Under the pieces are notes generated by a model. It was not told the DNA's origin, made no database searches, and saw nothing but the letters and a program-made list of their open reading frames with translations. The translations under genes and the position numbers were made by a program. 64,000 nucleotides of DNA from Octopus sinensis (Eukaryota), in the NCBI RefSeq assembly GCF_006345805.1, contig NC_043005.1:42160001-42224000 (forward strand), in the 5' to 3' direction. Shown piece by piece: positions 1-11,595 of this stretch. How positions within the stretch are numbered: the stretch's first letter is position 1; each line of letters starts with the position of its first letter.

Positions 1-56
1 ATATAAAAACTCATATATGCTTATAAATTTACGCATGTATATGTTTATATGTATGT

Positions 57-232
<176 letters not shown>

Positions 233-611
233 TTATGTACACACAGACACACACGCGCACACACATATGCATAAACACACATATATACACATGTATATTT
301 GGTCGTCTTTTCTCCATTTTTTTTTTTGCTCATGAAATGCTGGGCCACAGTGTATAGGCGCTGCTCTATGTTGTACATCGATCAGTTATAGTTATACCCG
401 TTTCCTTCAAATGGTATCAAAGAAGTTGTATATCAGCCATTTATCTGCGCGGTGATATCTATTTTATTGGTCTTTAGTTATAAGTGGGGGGCTGACAGCA
501 TCCGCCATTGGGGATGGTTAATGTGTGTGTCTGGCTAAAAGCGAGCGTGTTTTTATGTTGCATATACACATACATATACACACAATCTCACACACTCACA
601 CGCACACCCGA

Positions 612-645
<34 letters not shown>

Positions 646-816
646 CCATATATATCTTAATAGAGAAATATGTAATAAATAATGGGTTACTTTCCTCTGT
701 AGATAGAAAGAGACTGACAAATTCATATAAAGCTTGCTAGCCACGTGACTAGGTAGTTAAATAGATAAATAGGTAGACGGACAGACAAACTGAGGAAGAG
801 ACAGATAGCAGGTAGG

Positions 817-817
<1 letters not shown>

Positions 818-872
<55 letters not shown>
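818..872. repeat. (GATA)n microsatellite
   Basis: Perfect TAGA tetranucleotide run. Confidence 0.95.
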
Positions 873-1032
873 ATGATGGATTGACAGATTGATTGACTGA
901 CTGACTTATTTCAGAGCCTTCCTCATAACACCTGAATGTTACCCATAAATCTGTTACATGCTCAAAATATTAACTTATTGCATTCAGCAATACTGTATAG
1001 CTATACTATAAACTATACTTCCAAGTCATACC

Positions 1033-1265
1033 TATTTCTTTACTACTCACAAGGGGCTAAAGACAGAGGGGACAAACAAGGACAAACAAACGGATTAAGT
1101 CGATTATATCGACCCCGGTGCGTAACTAGTACTTATTTAATCGACCCCGAAAGGATGAAAGGTAAAGTCGACCTCGGCGGAATTTGAACTCAGAACGTAG
1201 CGACAGATGAAATACTGCTAAGCATTTCGCCCTGCGTGCTAACGATTCTGCCACCTCGCCGCCCT
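1033..1265 (-). mobile_element. tRNA-derived SINE (GGCGGCGAG head, Meta-domain-like core), full length with TSD
   Basis: Minus strand has an A-box-like TGGCAGAATCGTTAG, a B-box GAGTTCAAATTCC and the core CTTTCATCCTTTCGGGGTCGATTAAATAAGTAC. It is flanked by a 14-bp direct repeat TTCCAAGTCATACC (1019-1032 / 1266-1279). Paralogous copies recur in the window. Confidence 0.9.
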
Positions 1266-1756
1266 TTCCAAGTCATACCAACTGTGCTAACGGTGCCTTT
1301 GTGTCATGAGAGTTGTCTTGGTCGCCTTTATATCTTGTCTGGAGCCAATTAAGTACTTCGCATATGTGTTTCACGTGGTGAGACGAAGTTGTTAGTATTG
1401 AAATATGGACGGATGTCAAATTATTCTTTATAAATATAAATTTAGGATTGCTTTAAAATTATTAAACTTGTTCAACATCACAGCAAATGAAGAAAGATTA
1501 TATGAATATAAACGCTATTAAATCGACCAATTAAGAAAGAGATAAAGGCAAGATTTTAATTAACATATATTTTGGGAAGGAGTTTATATTTTTGAGTTTG
1601 TGGAAGTCTGTCTAAGAGTTTGAAACAGGAGGTGTTAAAAGTGATGAATATCCTTAAAGTATTCATTTTAGACATAATCTTAGTTGTTTTTCTATCTCAG
1701 CTGATATATTTTACATTATGTGCATCTGTATTCGAATAAAAATTCGTTAATGAATG

Positions 1757-2052
1757 AGTATGGCTTAGTAGTTACGGTAGTCGGCTCACGATCGTAAGAG
1801 CGCGAGTTCGACTCCTCAGTGGCACGTTTTGTCTTTGAGCAAGATACTTTTTTTCATGCTGCTCCAGTCCAGCCAGCTGGCAAGAATTAATTGTTCCTGT
1901 ATTTCAAATGTCCAGCCTTTTCACATTCTGCGTCACGCTGAATCACGTGTCTGTGGCGTGCTCAGCCACTTGCACGGTAATTTGACGAGCAATCTATTCC
2001 ATTAATCGGACCCACTGGAACCCTTATCTTTGTAACCGTGGGAATACCAGTC
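1757..2052 (+). mobile_element. tRNA-derived CORE-type SINE (diverged)
   Basis: A-box TGGCTTAGTAG, B-box GAGTTCGACTCC, CORE-like TTTGAGCAAGATAC. The 3' half (CCTGTATTTCAAA...CACGTGTCTGTGG.GTGCTCAGCCACTT) aligns with the SINE at 60879-61269. Confidence 0.8.
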
Positions 2053-2524
2053 GTTTGTTTTTGTTCTTTGTTTTTTTTTTTGTTTTTTTTTGCCGTTACT
2101 TGACATTGGTGAAGTATAACATGATTAGACACAGTGAAGATGCAGACATCTTGATTGTCTTACCAATAAAATACATAGACTAAATTTCACAAAATAGATT
2201 CGCTGATACAAACTAAGGACTTGATTCCGTAACACTTTAATCTTTTATAATGACGAACTTATCTTACTATCAACTGAAAACATATTAGCCATTGTTTAAG
2301 TTGGTGATAAAACACTAGAAAATCGCGTTTGAGTTGAACTGAAGGCGCAAGAATCATGGAGGACTTTGTGTTTACATGTACATATGTGATAAATCACAAC
2401 CGTTTGTACTTAATTTTTAAAGTCTTCGAATATTATATGATGTTTTTGTTCTGCCTCACATTTTAAAATACTTATGTATACTACATCAACATTTGTCTTG
2501 TAAACTCAAATATAGTATCAGTAG

Positions 2525-2735
2525 ACGGTCGGAAAAAATCCGTTAGAATTGCTAGAGCGTCGGACAAAGTATCTAACGGTTCCTTACATCAGCATTAAGA
2601 GCCTGTCAAGGTAATCTTTTGTATTTCCTCCTTCGGGGTTCGATAAATTAAAGTACCAGTCAAGTAGTTAAGTGGTCTTAATCGACTAACCAATTCACGC
2701 AAATTTCTGGCCTTATGCCTACCTTAAGAACACTA
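2525..2735 (+). mobile_element. degenerate SINE, same family as 1033-1265
   Basis: CCTTCGGGGTTCGATAAATTAAAGTACCAG core and AAATTTCTGGCCTTATGCCT tail. Confidence 0.65.
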
Positions 2736-3117
2736 CTATTACTGTCATTTGGTGTAAATCGTTGTACAATACAAACAGCACCGATAATATTGGACAATTA
2801 CCAGGCAATACAGATGTTTTTCGCTGGTGGTGGTGGGGGGGGGATTACCCTAGAACAAAGTGTGGAACAGGATAGAAAAGGACAGGATGTTGGCTTTTTG
2901 CGCTTCCAATACAGGGAGAATACATACGGAAGTTCGTGCTTCGTTTTCAAATCTGAGGAAAAGGAAAGAAAGCAAGTAGAACTGTGAGAGAGTACTGAAA
3001 AGTTCCTAGTTTTAAAAGTGTCGTGAAAGGCCTGGTTAGAGGCCCAACCTTCTGAGTTCTTTTATAGGGCTTAGAAAAAAGCGAAGGATAGCCGCAGTAA
3101 GTATGTGAGAGTGGAAT

Positions 3118-3880
3118 ATGTTGAATAAAATCATAATTAACCGATCCTCCTGTATTTTCTTTTACCCAAAGCCAGGAACTTTTCAGCACCCTCTCGTGGT
3201 ATGTCACAATAGCTCCCTTAGGGCTGTACCGACATATATAAAGGACATCGTAACGCGAGTGTTGAATCAAAGGACATTGGTGGCAATATTGACCGTTGAC
3301 TCGTTTTCAAACTACCAGCATCATAGTCCGGGCACGTGGTGAACGCTGAGATTGCTCAAAAGATATATGACTGATCGGAGAGTAAATGGACACTCTGGTC
3401 CTGAGATACATGAAGTCCAGAGAATATCCTTCAACTACAGAGAATATCCTTCAAATGTGCCCGCCCGTTGTGGGTGCAGACAAATGTGCCCGTTGTGATG
3501 TAGGGTAGAAAGTTGAATTGTCCCACATATAGCTTTAAGAGCTGACTACTCTCTGCTTAGAGGTGCTGGAAAATAGAAAGAGAGAAAGCAAGCAACATGA
3601 AATACAGCAACAATAGCAGCAGACCTCGAAGCCATGGTCTTCAGATCACTGCTTGTTGCTGCTTCAAGTTAGAAAAATAGTCTCGTCCTCAATATCAGAA
3701 GCTTAGGGTCTCTCTCATATTACTTCAACCGATAGTAACAAAACATTGTCACAACTCGTGGGACGATGGATGACGGATAAGGAGTAGCAAAGCTCCTGAA
3801 ACGTTGGGAAATATAAGAAAAATAAGACGCACATTGCCACCAAAATATAAACACAAACAGAAACCAAAAACATGTATTTT
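3118..3880 (+). mobile_element. highly degenerate Penelope-like element 3' region (GIY-YIG remnant plus pseudo-LTR)
   Basis: Broken frames give ...SPGT..., SGPEIHEV, TENI and KCARCDVG*, resembling the PLE Cys-rich linker and GIY-YIG start. They are followed by a decayed hammerhead-like motif (3774-3805) and an A-rich tail. Confidence 0.45.
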
Positions 3881-3884
3881 TTGC

Positions 3885-5790
3885 TGTTTGTGCTGATTGT
3901 GATACTGATCAGAAAATGGTTAGGGCCAAGCTCAAGTTCAGGGTGCGTAAGAAGATTCGTAATGTAGGTGTACGAGTACCAAAGAAAATTGATGTAGAGC
4001 AGCTAAAGCAACCACAAGTATTGCAGTTGTTTCAGAAGAGATGCAGCAATGTTCATTTTGAAGGTTCATGGCTATCTTTCCGTGATGGAATATATAAAAT
4101 TGGATCAAAGGTGTTAGGTTTTAGGAGTAGACAACACCGAGACTGGTTTGATTCCAATGATACAGTGATAAATGAGCTTGTAACAACAAAGAGGTTCACT
4201 CATGAAAAGCTTCTTGATCCAAACGTTAAGAACAAAATGCATCTAGAAGAGTTGTACAAGTCTCAGAAAGCAGACTCGCAAAAAGAACTCAGGAGGCTTA
4301 AAGACACTTGGTGGAGAAATTTGTCCGAGAAAGTACAGGAGCCTATGACAGGAAAGGCATCAAACGTTTCTATAGTTTATTACGGCAAGCTTTTGGACGG
4401 CAATCTTCATCATCGTATGTTCCCTTGAAGTCGAAAGATGGAAATGAGGTTAATAGATATCCTTCTGGAATAATGAATAGTTGAAGAGAACATTTTGCAG
4501 GTCTTTTCCTCAATCCGTCTGTAGTGAACATGGATGTCATAAACAACATTCCGCAAAGAAAGATAGTGCAACACATGGATGATACACCTATCGTTGAAGA
4601 AGTAAATCTGGCATTATGTAAACTGAGACCAGGTACAGCTCCTGGATTGGATGGTATTCCAATTGAAATTCTGAAAGCAGGTGGTGATCATATTCCATCT
4701 GAAATTTATAACCTCACAACTCGAGTTTGGAATGAATCTTCTGTGCCACAAGAATAGATAAATGGCATTCTAATCTTTGTATACAAGGGTAAGGGCCCAA
4801 AAGCAGTGTGTGGTAATTCTAGAGGGATAACTCTTCTGGTACGTACCGGGAAGATACTTTCAGGGATCATGTTCGATCGTAATGTTGAGAATGTGTGTCC
4901 GCATGTTATGCCTGAAGAACAGTGTGGTTTCAGACCTTAACGAGGAACAATGGACATGATATTTCTATGAGGCAGGTTCAAGAGAAATCCCGAGAGGAAC
5001 AAATGCCACTATACAAGGTCATCATAGATTTAACTAAGGCATTTGACACGATAAACAGGGAGGCACTGTGGATTGTTTTGTGTATTTGTGCGCATTTTTA
5101 AGGAACTACATAGAAATATGAAATCTCAGGTAGTCTTTAATGGTGACCTATCTCATGAATTTTCAGTGGGCAATGGTGTCAAACAGGGAGATATTCCTGT
5201 ACTTACACTTTACTCTATTTATTTTGCTGCATTACTTTGATATGCTTTCAAGGATTGCCGCGGGGCAATCGGAATCAGATTTCGAACATCTGGTCGTATT
5301 TATAATTTGACCCGGTTTAATTGCAAAGCAGAGATCTTCAAAATACTTGTTAGAGAATTACTTCATGCTGATGATGCTGATTTGTCGGAACATTAGATAT
5401 GAACAAAAGTGATTGGGAAAATGATGCTCTAGATCGGAACAAGTGAAGAGGTGCCGTTAGGACAGGTTGTAATGCCTGGGAGGAAAAGATGATTCGGCAC
5501 TCTGAACTTAAAAGGGCCTGTCGCAAAGGGACAATTGGAACTGTAATACTGTGAATATTGGATAGGTATTGTACGTGACCGTGTTCTGTGGTCAAAAGCA
5601 GTATACGTGAACCATATGAAATCACATGAAAATCACATTACCCAGATAGGTAATGATCTTGAACACCAACCATCTCTTACGACTTGTGTCATATTTAAAA
5701 AAACTTGTAAGACAAAATCTGCACTTAAAAAACATGCTAGTTCACAAAACCATTCCTTCAGAATCAGATTCCAAAGAGCAGTGATATAAA
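3885..5790 (+). mobile_element. RTE-clade LINE, degenerate ORF2 with internal deletion
   Basis: DCDTDQKMV (end of APE endonuclease), HRDWFDSND, APGLDGIPIEILKAGG, KGKGPKAVCGNSRGITLL, EEQCGFRP, DLTKAFDTINREALW, GVKQG, LHADD. The frame then jumps to the C-terminal WENDALDR segment and a C2H2-like tail. Many stops and frameshifts. Confidence 0.9.
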
Positions 5791-5984
5791 AGAAACTTGG
5801 ATAATATCTGTTACTTGTGTTTTAAACCCTGTCAGTCAGCAGCTGGTTTTTATAGTCATCTAAGGGCTCATCAACGGAGTGACAGTACCGTGTGATCGGA
5901 TGTGGTGTGTGTGTGTTGATAGGACAGCTATCATCTCTCAAGATGAAGCAATCATCATATACGCATATGGTGATTGTTCCATCA

Positions 5985-6115
5985 TTAGAGATAATTGCCG
6001 TCTCCTTGAGTTTCCGCGTTGTCAATAAGATTTCTGACTCTCCGTCCATGACTTTTCAGTCGACAATTTAGTCCCAATGCAGATTCGCATGACTTGCAGC
6101 ATAGGTAACAGACGA
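5985..6115 (-). mobile_element. RTE-like LINE extreme 3' fragment
   Basis: CYLCCKSCESALGLNCRLKSH resembles the C-terminal C2H2 finger of RTE ORF2; a short 3' UTR follows. Confidence 0.5.
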
Positions 6116-6595
6116 TGTACATGCACACACACACACACACACAGATACACACACACACACATAAACATACACACACAAACACACACACATACATATATAT
6201 ATATAAACACGCATCCTGTAATTCGTTCCCTTCACAATTATTGCACAATGGTAGGCAACTATTCAAGTGCTTTGTTTGTTTGTTGATATTCAATGTTTCT
6301 CTCTAAGTGTATTTGTTGCTCTTCGATGCTCAATTTACATTTGAATAAGCGGTATTCCTACTTCTCTGATGTAATTCCATTAGCGCACTCTGTGTTATTG
6401 AACGCCGACCAACAAGATATTGTTGTTACATTAGGATAAGGTATAAGGTGTATGTGTGCGTGTATTTGCGTGTTTAAGTATGTGTATACAGGGAGAGAGG
6501 GGTGGAGAGAGATTAATAGATAGCTAGATAAATAGAAAGATAGATCCTAGATACAAAGACATGCTGACAGACAGACATAAATAGATAAAAAGAAT

Positions 6596-6637
<42 letters not shown>

Positions 6638-6945
6638 CAGATATCAAAGAAAAATTGCTCAATGATTCCTCACACTCTCAGTAAAACATACACACTCAGA
6701 GACATACATACATTCATACATACATACATATATACATACATACATACGTACATACGTACATACATACATACATACATATATACATGCATACATACATACA
6801 CAAAGACACATATATATTTGCATGAACACACACATGCATACACGCATACATACACACACACAGATTATATATTATTCACACACACACACACAGATTATAT
6901 ATTATACACATACACGCATACATACATACACACACACAGAGATTA
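6596..6945. repeat. compound (GATA)n/(CATA)n/(CA)n microsatellite
   Basis: Visible tandem runs. Confidence 0.9.
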
Positions 6946-7151
6946 TATATGTGAGTATACGTAACTTTTACTTGACAAGATTTTCTTTTTCCTTTCTATG
7001 CATTCACCACGTTGGCAACAGAGGAGAATATTTTTCTTTCACAAATATTCCATCCATATTAAAAAGATCATTTTTTTAAATTTCATCACTTGTAATTTTT
7101 AGGTTCGTTTTTTTATATCCTGAATATACTCCTCGTGATCATCAAGAATTG

Positions 7152-7182
<31 letters not shown>

Positions 7183-7894
7183 AACAAAAAATATCAACAA
7201 CAATAACAACGGTAATATTGATGATGTTTTCTATCTTTATTGTCATTGCTATTGTTGCAGTTGTTGTTATTGTATATCATCATGTTTACAACAGCTTTAT
7301 ACGAGCTTCCACTGCACCATCAGCTGCACCTCCGTATTCTTGAACACTGTACAGCATGGTAATACAGAAATATAGAACTGTGTTTGAATACCACTTCATA
7401 TTTGTTTTACTATGAGGTTTATTTCATTGTTTCTGGTGTTATATTAGTATTTGAAAACGTTTGTTTTGTAGAATATGTGTAATGTAAGTTCTGTTACATT
7501 GCAGGGGTGGTGGTGTTTGAGTTTTGTATGTACAGTGGGAATAGAATAGTTGCTGAATCGGATATTGATTGCGAAGGTTGTGTTATACTATTGGATAACA
7601 GGATAACAATTATATTGAATGTGAGGTGTTGGTGTTATAGAGTCGAATAACAATTACGAAGGAATATGAGATATGTATTATTTGGTAGAGATAATTATTT
7701 GGTGTATTATTTGATTTTTTATCGGATGGGCTTTGTACAGATGTAGTGTTGCTTGTGGAAAGGCTTTTGTTTTTGAAAATATCTTACATAATATGAAGGC
7801 TGTGATATTCTGGGGACAATTTTTATTTTCAACGATTTTTATTCATGTACTTGTTACACATCTTCCGCTCAGTTAATCATTACTGCTGATTTTA

Positions 7895-8104
7895 TTGATT
7901 TCAAAGTTTGGCAGAACGCCAGCAAGTTCGGATTAAGTGCGCAAGTCGATTATGTCGACCCCGCTGCTCAACTGGTACTTATTTTATCGACCCTGAACGG
8001 ACGAAAGGCAAAGTCGGCCTTGGCGGAATTTGAACTCAGAACGTGAAGACGGAGGAAATGCCGCTAAGTAGTTTGCCCGGCTTACTAGCGAGTCTGCCGG
8101 CTTA
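7895..8104 (-). mobile_element. SINE, Meta-domain-like family
   Basis: Plus strand reads GGTACTTATTTTATCGACCC...AAAGGCAAAGTCG...GGAATTTGAACTCAGAACG, matching 1033-1265. Confidence 0.85.
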
Positions 8105-8715
8105 CAATCTTTTCTGCTTAATTTATTTTCATACTCCATACACTGCTTAATTCAATTTTGAGATCCTCGTGCTGTGGCAATTGTTCCTCTTCCGACCAAG
8201 TTCTGTTTTGGACGGATGCAATGAGTTGTCGATTTTCTTCCAATCTTTCGATAATTACATCCAAGCATTTTACCATGCTCTCCTTGCTAGTTTTGGTAAG
8301 CAAATTCCTGATAATATTTGACCGGTCAGTTCTATAAACTGTGTTTTGTGTTTCCTTATTCTACATTTTATCGTGTCTCACTTCGAAGTGTCGGCATATT
8401 GCCCAGTGACGTGGCTGTCTTCTTGATCACATCTCAGAATATATTCAGCTTTGGCCAGAATTGCACATCCAGGAGTAATGGAGTTAATTGCCTCATTGTG
8501 CTGATTGCATAGCTTGAACTTTATGTTAGTCTATTTTTTTTACGTTATTTTACATTTGTAGTTTGACATTGAACCTGTGCTGCCGAAATAAATGTTTCTT
8601 TTTTTTATTTTAAGCAAGAAACTTAATCCATTGTTGTTTCTCAGTCTGGTTTACTTCCTCTCACACGAGCATTGGATGTCATTGGTCAAGGAGTGGTTTT
8701 CTTGACCGTGTTTGG
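8105..8715 (-). mobile_element. R4/Dong-clade LINE, C-terminal (CCHC/RLE) fragment
   Basis: Minus frames give ETFISAAQ (cf. ETE..AAQDQAL), PGCAILAKAEYILR (cf. GC..LA..EY..RH) and a decayed ILWD...PD..I segment. Confidence 0.65.
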
Positions 8716-8719
8716 TTTT

Positions 8720-10810
8720 TTCTTTACAAAAAAATCAACCAATTAAAATATTCCCACACACAACATCCACATTCAACAACAATGAAAAGACTAGAGCTGG
8801 AAAAACTTCATCTGCAGATTAACATGAAAACCTCCATTGAAAATCAAAGAGCTGTGGAGGAACAATGGGTAATCAAAAACATCAAACAGAACCCAAAAGT
8901 GTTCTATTCTTATGCAAATAAGCATAGAACCACTGTCTCACCCATTGGGCCATTGATTGATGATAAGGGCATTACCCAACACGATGCTAAAGAAATGGCA
9001 GAAATACTGCAGAAACAATACTGCTCTGTCTTCAGTGTTCCCACTGATATTGACGTGAGGGAAACGAACGAAGTTGACTCCCAACACAAAATCGCAGACA
9101 TAACCTTCACTGCCACCGACATCGTAGCAGCAATAAATGTGGTCAAACATTACTCTGCTGTAGGCCCTGATAGATTTCCCGCTAGTCTCCTGAAGGAATG
9201 TAGATATCAACTTGCAGTCCCTCTGACCAACCTCTGGAGAAACTCGTTAGACGCAGGTTATATACCGAAACAGTTTCTATCCCAGTCGGTCATCCCGGTT
9301 TTCAAACAGGGAAACAGATCCCTCGCAGTCAACTATCGCCCAATTTCACTCAACTCCCACATCATTAAAGTGTTTGAAAGAGTGTTAAGATCAAGGATAG
9401 CTGACTTCCTGGAGACCCACAAACTCCTAAATTCAAATCAGCATGGCTTTCGCTGTGGCAGGGACTGTCTAACACAGCTCTTACACCACATTGAAGATGT
9501 ACTCAAAGCCTTGGGAACAGGTTCGAACTCTGACGTCATATATCTTGACTTCAGTAAAGCGTTCGACAGGGTAGACCATAATATCCTACTCTCAAAATTG
9601 GCAAATGTTGGAATCCGTGGAAAAGTTCTACACTGGATTCAGTATTTCCTGGCGAATAGAACACAACATGTTGTAGTTGATGGAGTCCACTCAAACCCAG
9701 CAAAAGTCACCAGCGGTGTTCCCCAGGGAACTGTTTTGGGTCCGCTACTCTTCATAATTTACGTAAACGACCTTTCCAGTGTCGTGCATCACTGCAAAGT
9801 GAAAATATTCGCTGATGACACTAAGCTCCAGCAAATCGTCAATGAAGAAGCAGACCGAACTCAACTCCAGTCTGATCTATATGCTGTGAGTCAATGGGCA
9901 GACAGAAACAAAATGCAACTGAATGAGGGAAAATTTGAGCTGATGCATTTTGGAAGAAATTCCTCACTAAAACAACCATACTCTCTTCCTTCAGGGGAAC
10001 CGCTCACAGCCTCTAACAATATCAGAGACCTGGGTGTAATTATTGATGACGATCTCAGTTGGAGTGCACACATCAACAAGAAGGTCGATATAGCTCGTAT
10101 GATGAGTTCCTGGATCTTAAGAACTTTCCGGTCCAGAGAACAAGGTGTCATGATACCACTTTCTTCCTCCTTTGTACGGCCACACCTCGAATACTGCTGC
10201 CCACTGTGGTCTCCTCACACAAGACAAAACATCTCCAGAATTGAGTCACCCCAGAGGGCTCTCACTAAACAAATTGAAGGCATGGCTGCTCTTGATTATT
10301 GGGATCGCCTTAAAGCCTTGAAACTTTACTCCCTCCAGCGTCGCCGTGAGCGGTACATCATTTGTACGATGTGGAAAATATACCACCAACTTTGCCCAAA
10401 CGACCTAAACATTAGCTTCAAGGTTCATCCAAGACTTGGACCACGGGCTATACGTCCCCTGCCAAATCACAACATACATGTACACTGCAACATAATTTCT
10501 TTTCCTCAACAGGCCCTGCCCTATTTAACATTGTCCCGAGGGAGATCAAAGAGGAAAAGGATCCCATCAACTTTAAACAGAGTCTGGATAGATTCCTTCA
10601 AAGAATACCAGATAAGCCACCCATAATTGGATACAACTCACCCAACAAGAACTCACTACTTGAACAAAACTGGATACAACTCACCCAACAAGAACTCACT
10701 ACTTGAACAAAACTTGACTTAAACAGGATTCGAATAATCCTATCAGGTGGTGCTATTAAGTTAGACATGGCCTGGACCAATCTCTGGTCGAAACATATCT
10801 AAGTTTCTAT
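8720..10810 (+). mobile_element. CR1-group LINE, 5'-truncated, young
   Basis: Long open RT frame, a 3' UTR with a small hairpin (GACCA-ATCTC-TGGTC) and a short repeated tail. It lies between two collinear Dong fragments. Confidence 0.9.
8782..10626 (+). CDS. LINE ORF2 reverse transcriptase (CR1 group), lacking endonuclease; frameshift near 10470-10490
   Basis: Motifs NPKVFYSY, GPD, NYRPISL, QHGF, YLDFSKAFDRVDH, SGVPQGTVLGPLLF, FADDTK, RDLGV, LEYCCPLWSP, LYSLQRRRER. The true C-terminus (HNFFSSTGPALFNIVPREIK...FKQSLDRFL) is in another frame. Confidence 0.9.
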   Translation: MKRLELEKLHLQINMKTSIENQRAVEEQWVIKNIKQNPKVFYSYANKHRTTVSPIGPLIDDKGITQHDAKEMAEILQKQYCSVFSVPTDIDVRETNEVDSQHKIADITFTATDIVAAINVVKHYSAVGPDRFPASLLKECRYQLAVPLTNLWRNSLDAGYIPKQFLSQSVIPVFKQGNRSLAVNYRPISLNSHIIKVFERVLRSRIADFLETHKLLNSNQHGFRCGRDCLTQLLHHIEDVLKALGTGSNSDVIYLDFSKAFDRVDHNILLSKLANVGIRGKVLHWIQYFLANRTQHVVVDGVHSNPAKVTSGVPQGTVLGPLLFIIYVNDLSSVVHHCKVKIFADDTKLQQIVNEEADRTQLQSDLYAVSQWADRNKMQLNEGKFELMHFGRNSSLKQPYSLPSGEPLTASNNIRDLGVIIDDDLSWSAHINKKVDIARMMSSWILRTFRSREQGVMIPLSSSFVRPHLEYCCPLWSPHTRQNISRIESPQRALTKQIEGMAALDYWDRLKALKLYSLQRRRERYIICTMWKIYHQLCPNDLNISFKVHPRLGPRAIRPLPNHNIHVHCNIISFPQQALPYLTLSRGRSKRKRIPSTLNRVWIDSFKEYQISHP

Positions 10811-11590
10811 TTTAAAGTTTCATTTTTATTTTTATTATATTTCAAAAAACTTTTATCGTTTCTTCTCTATTTGCATATTCTCTTTGGTGTTGTTAGTTTC
10901 TTGTTTGTTCTTTAGCGTTTCTTTATATAGTAAGAAATGTTATTTCTTTTCTTCATGTCTCCTTCTCTACTACTCAAATCAATTTCCTTTTACTTTCTTC
11001 TAAGTATTTTCTAATCTCACAATTGTTACTTTGCTTGTATTTTCAATTTGTATTAGATCCTATGTGCGAGCAAAATATATTCTATCAATATTAGCTACGC
11101 GTGGGGGTTTGCTTCAGAACGATGTTAACAGTTTCTTCTTTATTCTGTCAAAGATCTTCAATTCGCTTAACTTGATATCGAAGCTATAATTTATAACTAG
11201 CAGTGAATGAGCAGTGGTTCTCAAAATAACAAATACGCAAAAATCATTGAAGTTTTTCCCCTTCGCTCTTTTTTATTATGGAGGAACCAAAATAGGTTTT
11301 TCATTCATTTAATTCTTCTTGCTTTGAATTGCACCGGACAAGTCCCATTATTATTAGGTATTACAACTTTTCTGCCCATTTTCATTCCCCTTAGTCCTTC
11401 CAAAAATGGAGCTGCTTCTATCAGAAACACTAGTCTAGAGTATTCGAGCCAACGAGAACAACACCCTCAGAGGATATTGTAGGCTACACCAACATCGACA
11501 AAAAACACTCCAGAGAACTAATAAACCGCATATATAAGCACTCAAACATTATACAGCAGATTTCTTTACACCATCAAATTAAATACCAAT
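10811..11590 (-). mobile_element. R4/Dong-clade LINE fragment (upstream part of 8105-8715)
   Basis: Minus frames give VINYSFDI...ELKIFDR, ANIDRIY and GLIQIE-like segments of the post-RT region. Confidence 0.6.
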
Positions 11591-11595
11591 ACATA

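Noticed and set aside
10628-10713. CRISPR-like direct repeats
   Set aside because: Two adjacent units with no spacer, inside a eukaryotic LINE; no cas genes or prokaryotic features anywhere in the window.
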